Assembly (NCBI GenBank): GCA_964036045.1
Contig: OZ038378.1
Location: 3,348,001-3,412,000 of the forward strand
DNA length: 64,000 nucleotides
DNA from: Eutreptiella sp. 'Long Island Sound 2002'
Taxonomy: Eukaryota > Protista > Euglenida
Direction: 5' to 3'
The notes beneath the pieces are model-generated. The model had not been told where the DNA came from. It saw nothing but the letters and a program-made list of their open reading frames with translations, and did not search any database. The position numbers and the translations under genes are program-made. Of this stretch, positions 1 to 13,851 are shown piece after piece (the first letter of the stretch is position 1; every line of letters begins with the position of its first letter).

Positions 1-577
1 CATGGTCTTGTGCGCGGCCCCTCGCCGGGTTGTTTGCGCCGCTCCACGTGCTCACCGCGGCGCACGTCACCCTCGTTGCCCCTCAAGAGCCCACCCCTAG
101 ATCAGGCTGTCACTTCCCCCGCTCCGAAGCTTTGGTGACCCCCTCGACGGCAGGGATTATGTAGCCAATCCGCCATTCTAGTGCCTTGGTGGCACTAACA
201 TTGGTCATGGCCCTGTCAAGACTCTTTTCTTAACCCTGATTTTGTTTCTAGTGCCAATTACACCATGTGATACTATGTTATATTGGCCGAGTCCCAACTA
301 ATTGGTGGCCACACAGAGTACTTGGTCCTTTGTGGATTCAGCGTTCCATGGTTAAGGTCACTCTGCGGTGCCGTAGGTGCTGCAAAACAATTACACGACT
401 TGACGATTTTTTTGTACACAAGTTACATTCTTCACACGTTATGTTCTGCGTCCTCCTTATGCATTTTGGATCGCTCCCAACCCCAGCCCCTGCGGGAGAG
501 TTCAACAACTCAGCACCAGTAGGAGGGCTTGGGAGTCCCAGACCACCATCTCCCCCTAGACCCCCTCCCCCCTAATT

Positions 578-1633
578 TTGCTCCAGGCCTTCGGCCAATC
601 AAAGTTTTTCTCTGGCCCAGTCAGTTTGCGACAAAAATTTTTCTTCGGCCCTGTGCCCTCCATTACTTCGGGACCAGTAGGGGGGGGGGGGGGAGGGCAC
701 CCACCCACCCACCCACCCCCCTCGGACCCCCCCCCCCTCCCCTTAAGTGGAACTCCTGAGACTCCTTTCTTGTTCCCAAGCCCCACCACATTCAGCCCCA
801 CCACATTCCACACTTTCTTTCTTTGGCCACATTGTTTGCAGTGGCAAACAGAAGACAATGTGCAGGAGGTTGGGCATGGCCATGCCCGAGGTGACATTCC
901 TTGTGCACGCCCTTCTACGCCCGACGTGGTGCCGCTGTCTGACGCGCCCGCACGCCACCTGCAAACTGCTCGCCCACCCCCTGAGCCTCGGGGGAATTCG
1001 GAGGAGGAGGAGGACGACGACGTGCAGGTGGTAGGCTACGGACATGCCCGCCCGTCTACGCCCGATGTGGTACTCTTGTCTGCTGCGCCCGCACGCCCGT
1101 CTGGTGCGCCCGCACGCCATCTGCAAACCGCTCGCCCACCCCCTGAGCCGGAAGAAGACGACGTGCAGGTGGTGGGCTACGGCCGTGCGCACCCCGACAA
1201 CATCATCCTGCCCTCTCTCCGCTACTGCCATGTCCCTCGTGGGGAGGAGCTGGAGGAGGGTGTGGTGTTTGCAGGGGAGAGCTGTGCGCCATCCGCTACC
1301 CCTGATGTGGCATTGCATCCCGCTGCACCTAAACCCCAGGCACGGAATGCTGGTGTCACCGCCTTGCCCTCCGGCGCTCCTTGGGTGTACCGGCCCCCTC
1401 AGGTGCAGCGGGGGCGGCCTGGGCCAGTCCGCGGCCCAACCCGCCCGGTTGGCCCGCCTTTCTTTTCGTCGCCGCCGGCGCAGCGGCCGCCAGCACGGGC
1501 AGCGGCAGTGCCTGCACGTTGGGCTCCACCAGCACTGCTGCCCTGGGGCTGGGGTTGGAATCAGTACGCGGTCTGGTTGGACGAGCGCTGGATCGAGAAA
1601 TGGGGCTGGGGGTCCTGGGCGGGACTCCCGTGA
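578..1633 (+). other. Pro/Gly-rich low-complexity ORF with an internal ~140-bp tandem duplication (about 905-1040 and 1050-1190); probably a degraded repeat-element ORF
   Basis: Two similar blocks (ARPSTPDVV...ARHLQTARPPPEP...EDDVQVVGYG). No recognisable domain. Confidence 0.25.
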
Positions 1634-3142
1634 CAGAGCCCTTGTTGATAGGCGGTGGTCTGAGGGCTACTGATGGCTGGCAAGGTCGGGCCGTAATTTG
1701 GGGGGGGGGGCGGAGGGCAAACAAAACATTTCGCCGAGACCGTCGCCATGACCATCATCCGGGTCCCTGTGAACAAAGGGAGCAGAACCGGGAGTGTATG
1801 TGCAGTGGCCCCATGCGGTCTGAGTGTGGGCTGCGCTGTGCTGTCAGACATGCGCAGATGCGGGGGCATCAAATCCAACGGAACCTGACGCTGCTTCATT
1901 CGTTCATGGCTTTAAGGGGCCACCTCCCGTAGAGCCCCCAGCCGTCTGTACATTAAAGGGGCACATTGATTGCGTTGTGTTTTGTCTTCACGGACCCTGC
2001 TCAGAAAACGGGTCGACTGCATTTTCTGGCTGACCGCTGTCACTTGCCTGCCAACTGCGGGCGGTGACGGCCAAGGGTGACAGTTTGCGGCCACGTGCCA
2101 TCGGTTGACCACTCAACCGTCGCCCATGAGGCGCCAACCACCGCTGATTGGCTGCCGCACGGCCCTTCTCTTTGAGTTTGTATGGCAATGGAGGTGTGGG
2201 TTGTGGTCACGCGCCATTGTTTGTCCAACATGGCCACCGCAGTCAAATCAAGGGTGGGTTCGTTGGGCAGTCGAGGTGTCGGTGATGCCCCACCCTGTTT
2301 CTGGTTCGGCCTTGTGTGGGGTAATTGCATGGCATGACCCTTTTCTCTGCGGAAGAAGCACGTTACCTTGGCTGCTTGATACATGCACCCCCCCCCTTTT
2401 TTTCACTTTGATACACATCTCTCAGCCAACCCTGTTGGGGGTCTCACAGTCATACATATCTCTCGGGGACATCCGGTTCCCTCCAACACCGAGCGAATTT
2501 GCAATTTTTCGGGGATATTTCAATTTTTGGTCCAATGCAGCAGAATGTTGTTACTTAGGGCGGGACACGTGTGTGCTTTTTGAAGTCTGTGAGAAAAGGT
2601 CGTTTCAAAAATGTATGGGGTGGGGGATGGGGGTAGGTGGTCACAGTTTTGAGCACAGAGCTGTAAATGAAACGCCGCACATGACGAGGCAATGCTCACG
2701 GGATCACTCATTCTTCAGAATCCGAGTCGTTGTCATGTCATTGTTGCCCCTGTCCACGAGGGCTGGCACTCCATTGGGGCACACATCCCCCTGCTTGTTA
2801 CTGGGAACATATTTCTTACTTCTTCAATTTTTCCCAATCCTGCAGCCTGCGTGCCTTCACTGGCACCCACCTTGTGTTCAAGGACATGGCCCACAGGCCG
2901 TAAGTTCCTCGTGGGAACATGCAGGTTGCTGTTACCTGGCAGAGTCCCGGGTCACCTTCACCAAGTTTGCACCCCAGAGCGCGCTCTTTTGCGCACCAAA
3001 GGTTTCTGTGGTGCATCAGGGGAAGCAACAGCACATCGCGTGAATTTGTATGCAGACATGGTAGCTGCTTGTTGACAACAGGAAGCAGCAAGCAACACAG
3101 GCATGTGCAATTTGGAAGAAAAATTTTTAGCAATGCCAGCAT

Positions 3143-3730
3143 CGGGGTCCCAGCAAAAGGAAAAAACATCAGAATGGGCTATCTCACCCATGCCTTCTTG
3201 CGGGCCCACAAGTGGGCGGAATTGCTACGTAAACCCCTGCATTCTCGGGGGTCCCCTGCAAAGGGGACAAAATCAGAATTGGCTACCTCACTCCTGCCTT
3301 CTTGGGGGTCCACAAGTGGGCGGAGGTGCTACGTAACCCTGCATTCTCGGGGTCCCCACAAGAGGGGACAAAATCAGAATTGGCTACCTCACCCCTGCCT
3401 TCTCGGGGGTGCACAAGTGGGCAGAGGTGCTAAATAACCCCTGCATTCTTGGGGGTCCCCATCAAAGGGCACAAAATCAGAATTGGCTACTTCACCCCTG
3501 CCTTCTTGTGGGCCCACAAGTGGGCGGAGGTGCTACGTAACCCTGCATTCTCGGGGATCCCAATCAAAGGGTACAAAATCAGAATTGGCTACCTCACCCA
3601 TGCCTTCTTGGGGACGTACAAGTGGGCGGAAGTGCTACGTAACCGTTGCATTCTCGGGGGTCCCCACAAGAGGGGACAAAATCAGAATTGGCTACCTCAC
3701 CCTTGCCTTCTTGTGGGTCTAGAAGTGGGC
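3143..3730. repeat. Tandem repeat, ~102-bp unit, ~6 copies
   Basis: The core CAGAATTGGCTACCTCAC (or a variant) recurs at 3170, 3274, 3375, 3478, 3580 and 3683, with spacing of 101-104 bp. Confidence 0.9.
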
Positions 3731-5299
3731 AATGCATGTTCGTCTGTTGACACCATCGCCCTCCACAAAACAATGCAGGCGTTGGCTCCATGTCAGAGTC
3801 CGATGACGCTTGCACATCGTTGGAGATGATTTAAAAGAGTTCCCAACAGAATCGTGGCAACACACAAATATGGAACCGTTGCATACGACCAATTATTGTA
3901 GGTATAAGAAAGGACGAGGGGAGAGCGACATGTCGTGTCTCGTCCCTACAGATTGTGTGAATTGACTTGCACACATTCCATGTGGCACAAAAGCACAACC
4001 AAACCATGTGCCCCCCCTTATGGCCCCACACTGATGAGTTTCATTTGCAAATGTTCTTGCTAAAGCAGTTCCCGATGCAAGATTCAATAGCGACTTCCAT
4101 TGGTCCTGTAGAGACCCACATAGAGCACAAAATTCAGGATCAAATTGCCAAAAGGATCCACACTCCTAATATTCGTAAGTTTCTCTTCTGGCGCACCGCA
4201 CCCCCCGGGCAGACTTCAGAGTCAACCCGGTGTCGATGTGGTATATGAACAAGAAGTGTAGCTCCACACCCTATAAGAGGGAGACATAGGGAGAGGAATT
4301 GCACGCAAAAGGTGAACCTGGTTATGACGGTTATGCGAGTAGCCCCCCCCCCCCCCCAACACTCACCACACACACGCACACACACCACACACACGCAAAC
4401 ACACAAACAGGCATCAAAAATGATAGACATGAGGAGCATGTCTGCCTGGCCCCAGATGCCGTATCAATTGTGCTGAGTGTGCACTATGTCATGCCATATG
4501 TTCACTAATATGCACAGGCATGCCGCCTTCTCAACTTCCCGGCATGGAGGTTACATTGTTCCTCCCTCACTCTCCTTCAATGTTAACCCCCCAATTGTTG
4601 CGTTTTATGATCGCCAACCTTGTGGGGTGGGGTTGGGTGGGGCGGGCTTGGAGGGATGGGGGAAGGTGGGTAGGTCACAACAGACATACCTCAAAATGAT
4701 AGCCGAACAGAAATTGTAGCACCCTCTTCTTGTGGCAACAAAGTCTTTAGCAGAAACATTCTGCAGCACCATCGACGGCTGTCTATCGTGGCGGCGGACA
4801 AACAGGCACATGCCTGTGTCTACTGCACGTTGTTCGGTCTTGTTTTCAGGAGTGATCGCCAACATATAGCCCCATCACAACAGTGCCTTGACAAAGTCTC
4901 ACAGAGACGTGGTGAACAAGAGTAAATGTGATAGAGCAGCCTGCCGTGTCAGAAAAAAAGCAGTCATAAACCACACAGGTGATGGAAATCGGTTAAGGTC
5001 GTTATTGAGGGGCGGTGGCGAGAATTGAAGGGTTGTGAACAGTTGTTGAAGAATGTGAGGTTTTGTTGTTTGTTGAGGGTTTTCTTTTGAGTGTTGTTGA
5101 GATTCTTTGAGGTCAAGGGCTTTGGCTGTCACTGGCCTGCTGGTCTGCTCGCCGTCCTCGGTGCTCCAAGCGGAGGGAGAAAGGGGGAGGGAGGAGGGAG
5201 AGCATGTTCTGGCTGCTGCCTCTGCCCCCACACTAGCACGTGGCCCCAGCTTGAGTCCATCACGAGTCCCGCCGGCGCCTTGTGGACTGCACCTTAGAC

Positions 5300-6804
5300 C
5301 GGGTTGAGCAAGGACGTCTTTGCTGAGGAGGTACAGGGATCTTGGGGCTCTGCAGACCAAGGCCCTTCGCGCCCGCCTTCAGGTCCTCCAATATCGCTAG
5401 AGCATCGGCTTGGATCTGAGAAATCTAGCCATTCAGCAACATGTTCTCCGCGGCCCTCTCCATTAGCACAGGGTCCTTCACTGCCATGTCGATTGTGATA
5501 TCCGTTGGCGTCAAAAGTGAGTGATCATGCGACAACGGGAGTTTTGATGGGCCCTGAAGATCCTGAGAGGCCCTTCGGGAGTAGCTGGTGCGTATTGGAG
5601 GCAGGGCTGACGGCGTGTATGCGATGTTTTGGCGGCGCTGCCCCGTTCGGGGCCCACGGCTTTACACTGGTCGTTTTGGTAGCAAAGGTTGAGGCTCCTG
5701 TTGTGTACGCGCGGCCAGCTGCTCCATTATCGCCAGTGTACCGGTCTTCAGAGCCTTTTCCACATGTTGCAAGCGGTTTAGTGTTTGGAGAGCCTCTTTG
5801 TGTTGCTCATCCAGCAAGAGGCCTTTCATCTCGACAACGGCTTGGAATGGTGGCTCAATCATGGGCTCAATCGAGTGCTCAAATATGGGCGGCACGGGCT
5901 CCTCTCCACTGGACGCAATCCAAAGATTGTTGATCTCAGCCCAAAGATTGTTGATCTCAGCCCGTGTTTTGGCCGCTACCACGGCTGCGACGTCTGCCTT
6001 CCGTTTGGCCTCCTCTTCTACCTGCCGCCTTTTGGTCTGCGCTTCTGCTTCGCATCGTTGTATCTCCTCCTCTCCATGCACTGCTCTTCGCTGCATCTCC
6101 TCCTACGCATTAGTTTCTCTTCTTTTCGCCTCTTCCTATGCCTCTACTACGTACCTTGCGGCCTTCCTCTTTTCCACTTCCATTTCCTCCGCCTCTCGTC
6201 GCTTTGCCTTCATCGCCCCCAACCTTCTTCCCTCCTCCTCCGCCTCCACCCCCACCCTCTTTGCCTCCTCCTCAACCTCCACCCTCTTTGCCTCCTCCTC
6301 AATCTCCACCCTCTTTGCCTCGCTCCTGATTGACGACGCCTCCCGCCTCCGAGCTTCGAAGTCGAGTTGTGCGAGTTGCATAGCATCTACAGAGCTCCTT
6401 CGAATTCCCTCCAAAGCTGGGTTCCACTTGTCGCTTCCTGATGCCTTGTTTGCGTGGTATGGTTGTGGGTTGGGAGTGGGCATGGAGTACATTCCTCCAA
6501 TTCGCCATTCCAGGTGATCTTCGCTGGTCTCTTGCTCAACGACCTTGCACCTGGAGACTAGATGAGCATGGATCTCCAGGGCGTGTGCGATCTTGGTCTA
6601 CAAAATGCCATCCTCGTTCCACTGGTCAATCGGCTCATAATCTGCTATAACTTGCTCGCCAACAAACACCTGAGGCATGTGCGGCTTCTTGCTTCTGGTT
6701 GTGATCCAATTGCAGGTGACCAACTTTTGATCCGCGAGGTCCACCTCTGTATGCAGGAATATGGGCAAAAAAAAAGCTGCCGCAGTGCGATGCAGGCATT
6801 CCAC
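5300..6804 (-). pseudogene. Degraded coiled-coil ORF (Glu/Ala/Lys/Arg-rich), possibly ORF1/gag-like of an old retroelement
   Basis: ORFs 6598-6804, 6136-6492 and 5662-6096 share one frame and are separated by in-frame stops. They contain EEEAKRVE repeats and a 21-bp in-frame duplication (AEINNLW x2, about 5920-5961). Confidence 0.5.
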
Positions 6805-8240
6805 TCCCGGCGGACTGCGCCGATGCTTGTGGTGTACACAGTCAGGCCTTGGGGCAACATCATTGCGGCCAGGAATGTCTAATTGGTTTTGATCTGTGAT
6901 AGTGCATTTAGAAAGGTTGGAGGAAATTGGAGAACTCTTCCCCTACGGCAGTTGCGGCATCGGGAAGCAACCCCTTGGAGATAAACAAATGAGACTTGGC
7001 CTGGCACCATCTTCCTCATTGCTTCATATACCGCATGCTTGGCACACTGTGCCGAATAACCACACACCAACCACTCCAATGTGTCCATTTTGCCCAAGAA
7101 CACACAACATGCAGTGTCAAGCCTAAACAATGCCATTGAATGCGCAGTGTGCCTGCATAGTGTGCAATACGCAGAGTGGCCGCCAAAGGATTTTTTTTCA
7201 TTTGTGCTTCCCTTGGAACCAAAGTAGGAACATCATATACTGGCAAACTGGAGAGTATTACCTTTCCAAATCAGGTATACTGAACCTTCAACTCCTCTTG
7301 GGCTAGGAGGGATCAGATTGACAATTAGTGTCATAAACCCCGAAATGTCAAAAGTGCTCTCATGTGTCCAATTGAGCAACCTAGCAAGTGGCCATCCTCC
7401 TTGGCCAAAAATTCAAACTGAACATGGGTGGGGTAGAGCGTCGTCCAGAGTTCACCAAGCACCTTCCTCCTCATGTTTGACAAATCAAATGGGCTATGCA
7501 AGTGAAAGAGCTTCATCTCATGTTGTTAGATCACCTGAGTTCGGATTTCAACGCATAAGGTGCGGACGCGGTGCGCGCGCAGTGCAACAACTCCCACAAA
7601 AAGCAATTTCAACGTCAAAGCGGCACTGCACCAGGGGGCAAGCGTTCTCGGAATGCAGCTCCTCTTCCCGTCAGGGTCAAGACTCGCAATCTGCTGAACC
7701 GCTGCCATACAACCAGGATCTATCGTACACGGTGAGACCACTTGACAGACCTGCCCACTTTGTGGCCCCTCTGGACCCCAACAACCACCATGGTTGAGTA
7801 TTTCAACAGAAAGCCCCTCATTTGCACAACCGTCTGGAACGACATGTACCCTGGTGGGATTACCCGAGTGTACCTAGCTGCCTCAGACTTTACAACTGTT
7901 GCAGTGCGAACTAATGATTGTGCCAATGAGGCAGAGATGGAATAGCTTGACAATGTGGATTGCTTCCCTTTGTCAAGCTGAAGTGAAGCCTCAGTCTGCT
8001 GCATTCACTGCTCACCACAACTCCCTGTGCGGCCAATGTAGGGAATGCATGTTGCAGGCCCTGTCTCTACTGCATTGTCGCTCTGCATCCGGTGACCTAA
8101 GCCCAAGACTGACTCCTCTTTGTCTGGTTGTGCATCCCGGACCATTCTTGTGTCTTGAAGGGTTAGCCCCCTCCCCATAGACGTGGCCCGAAGATCTGAG
8201 CCAAACCCAAAAGAACGTCTCTGTGCTGTTGCGTCTTCAG

Positions 8241-9716
8241 ATGTTGGTTTGCACGATCGCCGGGCCACGTGAGGCTCTGGACGCCGGCGGTGTCGAGATG
8301 AAGTTGGTGGAGCCGCGCAAGGTAGCCACCGACCACTTGGGCCAGGTGCTGGTGCTTGACAAGCAAGGCCTATGGCGCCTAGGCAGCACTGGACCGCCCT
8401 CGAAGCTGCTCGACGGGGAGTTGTGCGATTTCGCCATTGATCTGCGTGGCATTGTGTATGCTGTTGGCCCCGAGTGTTCCGTGCGCAAAGTTGACGCAGA
8501 TGGTGTGGTCACAGATGTGTTTCCAAAGGCCTGCGAAAACGGTTCTCCGTGCGATTGTTCCATAGTAGTAGACCTCGTAGCACCATACCCAGACGGTACC
8601 GTTCTGGCGAGGTGCCACAGCTACGGCCAAACCCACTTCGTCTTGGTCACTTCCGAGGGGAAAATGCGCGTCCGCCCTAAGGACGACGACTTCCCAGAGT
8701 GCAGGTCGTTCCCCATATCAGATGCATCGTGCATGGACACCGATCCAGATGGGACGGTGTTCATAGCCGACCCCACTGCCAATTGCATCCGCAAGATCAC
8801 ATTGGACGCAGCGGAAGTGCTCGCAGGGTCGACTGCGAGTTCCATTCCACACAAGGATGGGCCGAGGCAATGGGCCTGCTTCAACGGACCCCGCGGGGTG
8901 GCCGTCAACGGAGACGGGGACGTGCTCGTGGCGGACACCTCCAACCACTGCATCCGCCTGGTCTCGAGTCTGGGCATCGCCACCACCCTGTGCGGCCGGC
9001 CCGGGAAGCGGGGGGCGGCCGTGGCCCGGGCCCGGGACGCCCTCTTCGCGGAGCCCAGTGCTGTGGCCGTCGACGCGCATGGCCACGTGCTGGTGGCCGA
9101 CACGGGCAACGGGTGTATCCGCAGGGTGCACGCCCACCTCCAACCGCCCGCGCGGCTGCTCGCGCCCGCGCCGCCGCCCACCGTCGGGGAGGACGTGGGG
9201 GCTCTGCTGCAGTCCGGCCTCTACGCGGACGTCACGTTTGTGGTGGGCGGGGACGAGGTGCGGGGGCACCGCTGCATCCTCGCGGCCCGCAGCCCGTACT
9301 TCGCGACCCTCTTGGGCTCGCATTTCCAAGAGGCCACCGCCCCGGCCATTGCGGTCACGGACACCACCGCCGCGGCGTTCCGTGCGCTGCTGCGCTTTCT
9401 GTACACGGGGCACGTGGACGTGGAGGAGGAGGCGCTGATGGACCTCATGGGCCTGGCACACCGCTATCAGGCCGATCCCTTGTACCACGCGTGCGTGCGC
9501 CGGTGCCGCGGGGTCCTGACGCTGAGGAATGCGGTGGCGTGGTACGTTGCGGCGGACGCCGGGTGCCTGCAGGAGGCCCGGAAGTGCATTCTCCGGTACA
9601 TCGCCAACAACTTGTCGCGGATTGTTGTGGAAGCCCCAGAGACGATGGAGGAGCTGAAGGCGCACCCGGAGTTGCTCTATGAGGTGACCATGGCCCACAG
9701 CATGAAACACGGCTAA
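8241..9716 (+). CDS. NHL-repeat beta-propeller + BTB/POZ (+BACK-like helices) protein, probable Cullin3 substrate adaptor; intronless as seen
   Basis: NHL repeats: DPDGTVFIAD..NCIRKI, FNGPRGVAVNGDGDVLVADTSNHCIRLV, FAEPSAVAVDAHGHVLVADTGNGCIRRV. BTB: YADVTFVVGGDEVRGHRCILAARSPYFATL...FRALLRFLYTG. The coding region is GC-rich. The ATG at 8241 directly follows a pyrimidine tract + CAG. Confidence 0.9.
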   Translation: MLVCTIAGPREALDAGGVEMKLVEPRKVATDHLGQVLVLDKQGLWRLGSTGPPSKLLDGELCDFAIDLRGIVYAVGPECSVRKVDADGVVTDVFPKACENGSPCDCSIVVDLVAPYPDGTVLARCHSYGQTHFVLVTSEGKMRVRPKDDDFPECRSFPISDASCMDTDPDGTVFIADPTANCIRKITLDAAEVLAGSTASSIPHKDGPRQWACFNGPRGVAVNGDGDVLVADTSNHCIRLVSSLGIATTLCGRPGKRGAAVARARDALFAEPSAVAVDAHGHVLVADTGNGCIRRVHAHLQPPARLLAPAPPPTVGEDVGALLQSGLYADVTFVVGGDEVRGHRCILAARSPYFATLLGSHFQEATAPAIAVTDTTAAAFRALLRFLYTGHVDVEEEALMDLMGLAHRYQADPLYHACVRRCRGVLTLRNAVAWYVAADAGCLQEARKCILRYIANNLSRIVVEAPETMEELKAHPELLYEVTMAHSMKHG

Positions 9717-12700
9717 GGCTGTGGCTGTGGCCGCGGCTGGCACTGGCCCCAGCCAGAGCTCCTGCGGTCAGGGCCATCCCCCCCCCGCCCACACACAAAG
9801 TCCCCAAATTGCTATTTGCGGGCTGTACAGTTGCACTTGAATATTTTCGGGAATTTGACCTTTTCCAAAAACCTCCCGATGTCTCTCGGATGGGTTTGGA
9901 TCATTTTTGAAAATGCGAGTAGTCCAGCACCCAGAGGGGGCGCGCAGTCTGCGAAGTGCGTGTGTAGTGGGTGTGCAGGGCGTGCGCAGAACCAAAAGTA
10001 GGGCATTTTCAAGAAGCAAATGGCTAGAAAGCAAGGTTCCTGTTGATTGTTGTGTCATGTCCAAATAGAATGTTTTTTGAGGGTGGAGGAGGTCCAGTCT
10101 CACCCCATTTCGCCATTTGTCCCTTGCAATTGTCCATTCCTCTTTTCTTGGTCTAGTGTTCTACAGACAAACACATGCCTGCCACATGTGCGGGGACGCC
10201 TGGGCCAGTCAACGAACCTCGGGGGAAAGGGGCACCCCAGCGGCGAAAAACCGCCTGATGAGGCAGCCCCACCACAGAGGGAAGGCGTGCACGCGCCCCA
10301 CACGGCCTACACAGCAGACCCCAAGTCAGAAGGGGGTAGGAGGCAAGCGTGGAAGGGAAAGCCCCACCCCCGGAGTCACCCAGCAAGCGCATGCGCATCC
10401 ACATGTGCTCAGGTGAGCGGCATGGCTGTGCGGGAATGGAATGTTCGTAACACCCAACCGCATAGAGGCTCTGGTACTGTGGTACTGTAGGGACGTGCAG
10501 TAGGGAATCCCCAGAAACCTCTGCCCATTGCTCACCTCTTTCTCAGAATTTTTTGGAATTCTGGGTGGGCTACTGCCCCCTCGCAGCCCCATCTGGCGCC
10601 ATCTGAGCCATCCAGGCCAGTGGAGAATGGAGGGGGGCATAGTGGCGCTCCGTGTAACGGTGGTGGTGGCTGACCGGCCGGTCTCCCCCCTTTCCCTGTT
10701 GCAAGACAGTTGGGGGGGGCGGGGGGCGACAGCGGGAGGGCTGCCCCCCGTGCGGGGGCCACGGCAGCACCCCCCGTTTGGGGCGCAGAGAGTAGGCGAA
10801 CGCCGGCGGTGACGTTCGAGGACAAGTTCTCAAGGTGCATCATCCTTTGCAAGTGGCTTTTGGTTGTTTTGGTTGGTCACAAGATGATTAACAGAGCTTT
10901 TGCAAATTTTGAGCCTTCGCCCTCAGGGGCTGAAAAGGGTCAGGCACCCAGAGACCAGTGTGGCGGTGAAGATTGAGCTGCAGAGCACCAATGCCGTCAG
11001 TCTTTCCTCTTCTTTTTATCCTCCTTGCCCCTCCGCCTTTCCCTCTGGCCCTGGGCCATCCACGTCACCTTGCCCCGCACCCTGTCCGCCCTGCCCTTCA
11101 TGCAGCTCTGACAATGCTGGCTGAAGGCCGAGTCAAATGCATCACTGAGTGTATCATACGATCCAATTCAGCTGGGGCTGTAGGTTATCTATCACAATGG
11201 CAATCAAAACAACCTGGCTGAAGGCGGGTCTGCTGAGAAAGTGAAATAAATGGCTGGAAGTGTCTAGTGCCGGATCACCCGGTTGATCACATCTGATCAT
11301 TTAGTCCAGATTAAGATTTTGTCCCAGCATGCCTTTGTCCCGATAGGCCTGTCCAAACATGCTCTTGGCAGCCTCAACCCTAACTTCAGAGACCATTCTG
11401 TGGGGCTGGGGGGCTGGCGGCGCCATTGGGACAACTTGCTTGTATTCACGTGGGTGCCTGCGGCGCCTTGTCTCGGAGAAAGGCTGCACATTGTGAAGGA
11501 TTGGAGAGCCTACCTGGGGCGCCTTGTCTGGACGATGCCAAGAGAGTTAGTGATGTGCCCGGCGAGGTGCCAGGGGGTGGCGGCCATCACTGGGATACAG
11601 CCAAGCATGCTCTTGTCTAGAGACACCCTTGCCCATACACGCCATCGTCGACATATGCCTCTGGTCCAACACACCCATGTCCAAGCACATGCTTGTCCAA
11701 CCACGCCCTTGTCTAGACATGACCTTATCTACGCATGCACTGGCCTAAGTACACCTTTGTCCAAGCACACCCTTGTCCAAGTGCCTAAGCACAGTGTGTC
11801 CAAACGCGCCCTCCCGTGGACTTCCCCGGCTGAGTGCCTTCTTGGCTCACGCCCCCCCCACCGGCAGGCGGGGCTGGAGCTAAGTGGCGGGTCCACACCT
11901 GACCTTTTGAGCCCCCCCCCCCCCCCCCGGTGGCCACGAGCCTGGCCTGGGGGAATCACTGGCGGTTGGTGGTCAGCGGTTCGGCAAGTGAAATTCTCCG
12001 TTGAATGCACTCGACGGTTGAAGAGAAGCGGCGAATGGATGGCGGTTGTGGGGCCAGCGACGGCAATTGGTCGTCTTTGGGTTGTTGGGCATCAATCACC
12101 GGGGGTTTTTTCAAGGGTCATGTTGGCAATGTGTCTGTCGCTTTCTGAGTGTCTAGTGTTGTTTCGAAAGGGGACCCCCCCCCCCCCCGCATCCCCTTTT
12201 GGGCAAAGCCCGCGCCGCTGATTTTTCTGACGTTATTTTGTTTTTTTGGACAGAGTTGTGGTTTGGTTGATGCGCAATGAATTCCGCAGCCCCCAGAACG
12301 AAGTGTTACGCCCGTGGGATGAGAGGGAAGGCACATGGAATGAAAATCGGAGCACATGGGACGAATTTTGAGGGCCCTGGGACAATATTGCGGACCATTT
12401 TCTGTGGGTCAGGGAGGCCCACACGCGGTGCTGGCGTGGTGCATTGGTGTTGTCCCAGGCCCCTGCCCAGCGTGTTGAGAAGGCAGCGCATGCAGGCCCC
12501 AGGCCCCCAGGAAATGCCAGGACCCATCCACAGACCCCCAGAAAAGAAACACAGGCTTCCAAAACCCCCTGGCCTCCGAGGGGCGGCGTTTCAGGGGGTC
12601 CCAAAGCCGAACCACGTCCTCGGGCAGTTGTGCCGATACCCTGCGCGGTGCGCGTTTTGCCAGACAGGGCGGGGGGGGGGGTGGGCGCGATGAAGAGGTT

Positions 12701-13800
12701 CGTGGGGGTTGAAGAGGTTGGACCCCGGTTTTTTGGTCATTTCCCCAGCCATAGCCCCGCTTTTGGGAGGGGTCTGCCGTGTGTGTGTGTGTGTGTGGGT
12801 GTGCTCAGGGCAGGTCAGGGAGCAGGATCTGAACTGATGAATATGCAGTGCAGCACATTGCCGCGTTTTCTGACAGACCGAAAGACGTCTAGGGCAGCTC
12901 TGCTGTCCCTGAGGAGTTTTCTTTCACCGCTTTTCTTGCTCTGTTCTTGTTTTTGCGGTTCTCATTGTGTCGGTGTGCACCTGCATGTATGTGGGTGTGT
13001 GACGCTTGGCGGCGCTTGGCAGGAATGCGTTTGATGCTCGGCGCGGCAGGCGCTACCGGGGAGTGTGCCCTGGGATCTGACACCCTTGCGCTCCCCAGGG
13101 CTATCCTGTAGGAAGAGGCTTGGGGTTTTTCTTTCTGTCCCTGGGCCCAGCCTCACGCTCGGATGGCAGAATGGCGGTTATCAACAGCAGTGCATGGTTG
13201 ACTGACTGTGGGTGGCTGTCATTTGACGGTGGTTGATGGTTGGCCAACGGCGGTCGACAGCAGTTGCTGGTGAGCCGGCACTTTGTTGCTGGGGCATGAC
13301 GGAGCCAGGCAGTTCTTGTTTTCCCATTGCGTTACGTTGCATTCTTTGAGCCCCCCCTGACCGCGCCAGTGCCATGCCCCACCCTCTGGATAGATCCGCT
13401 GGACCTTTGTTTAAGAGGCCCAAACAGGGGGGGTACGTGGTCATCTCATCAACGCATGCTCGCCTGGCTTTGGTCTCACAGCCTTTGTGAGGTGATATAT
13501 CAATTTTCACCCCCAAAAGGACTAAAAAGGCCGAAATCCCTACCGCAGGGGGCCCATAGGGTGACAACAATGCTCGCACTCCTTCAGCATCAGGTCTTAG
13601 AACTCAGTCGACGTCCCCGTTTCAGCTTTCCTTGCTTCGCTCCCTCTGCTCGTTTGCCATGCATTGCGGTGCGTGGTTTAGCAGGTCTGGACCTTAATAA
13701 ATGCATGCACTCTGTCCCGATGGTCCAGTGCATCGCGGCATGCGAAGGGGTAGGGACGGAGAGGGGCCTGTCCAGAATGTGGGGTGCAGTAGAACTATGA

Positions 13801-13850
13801 CCCTAGCCTAGGGTGAGAGCCAGGGCTAGGGTTAGGGCTAGGGTTAGGGT
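13801..13850 (+). repeat. Degenerate telomere-like (TTAGGG/CTAGGG) tract
   Basis: CAGGGCTAGGGTTAGGGCTAGGGTTAGGGT lies immediately left of the repeat unit at 13852. Confidence 0.75.
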
Positions 13851-13851
13851 C

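Noticed and set aside
1800-3100. 312-aa ORF at 2105-3043
   Set aside because: It has a non-ATG start, non-coding-like composition and no motifs.
13801-13850. True chromosome end
   Set aside because: The tract is only ~50 bp, degenerate and internal, with unique sequence on both sides.
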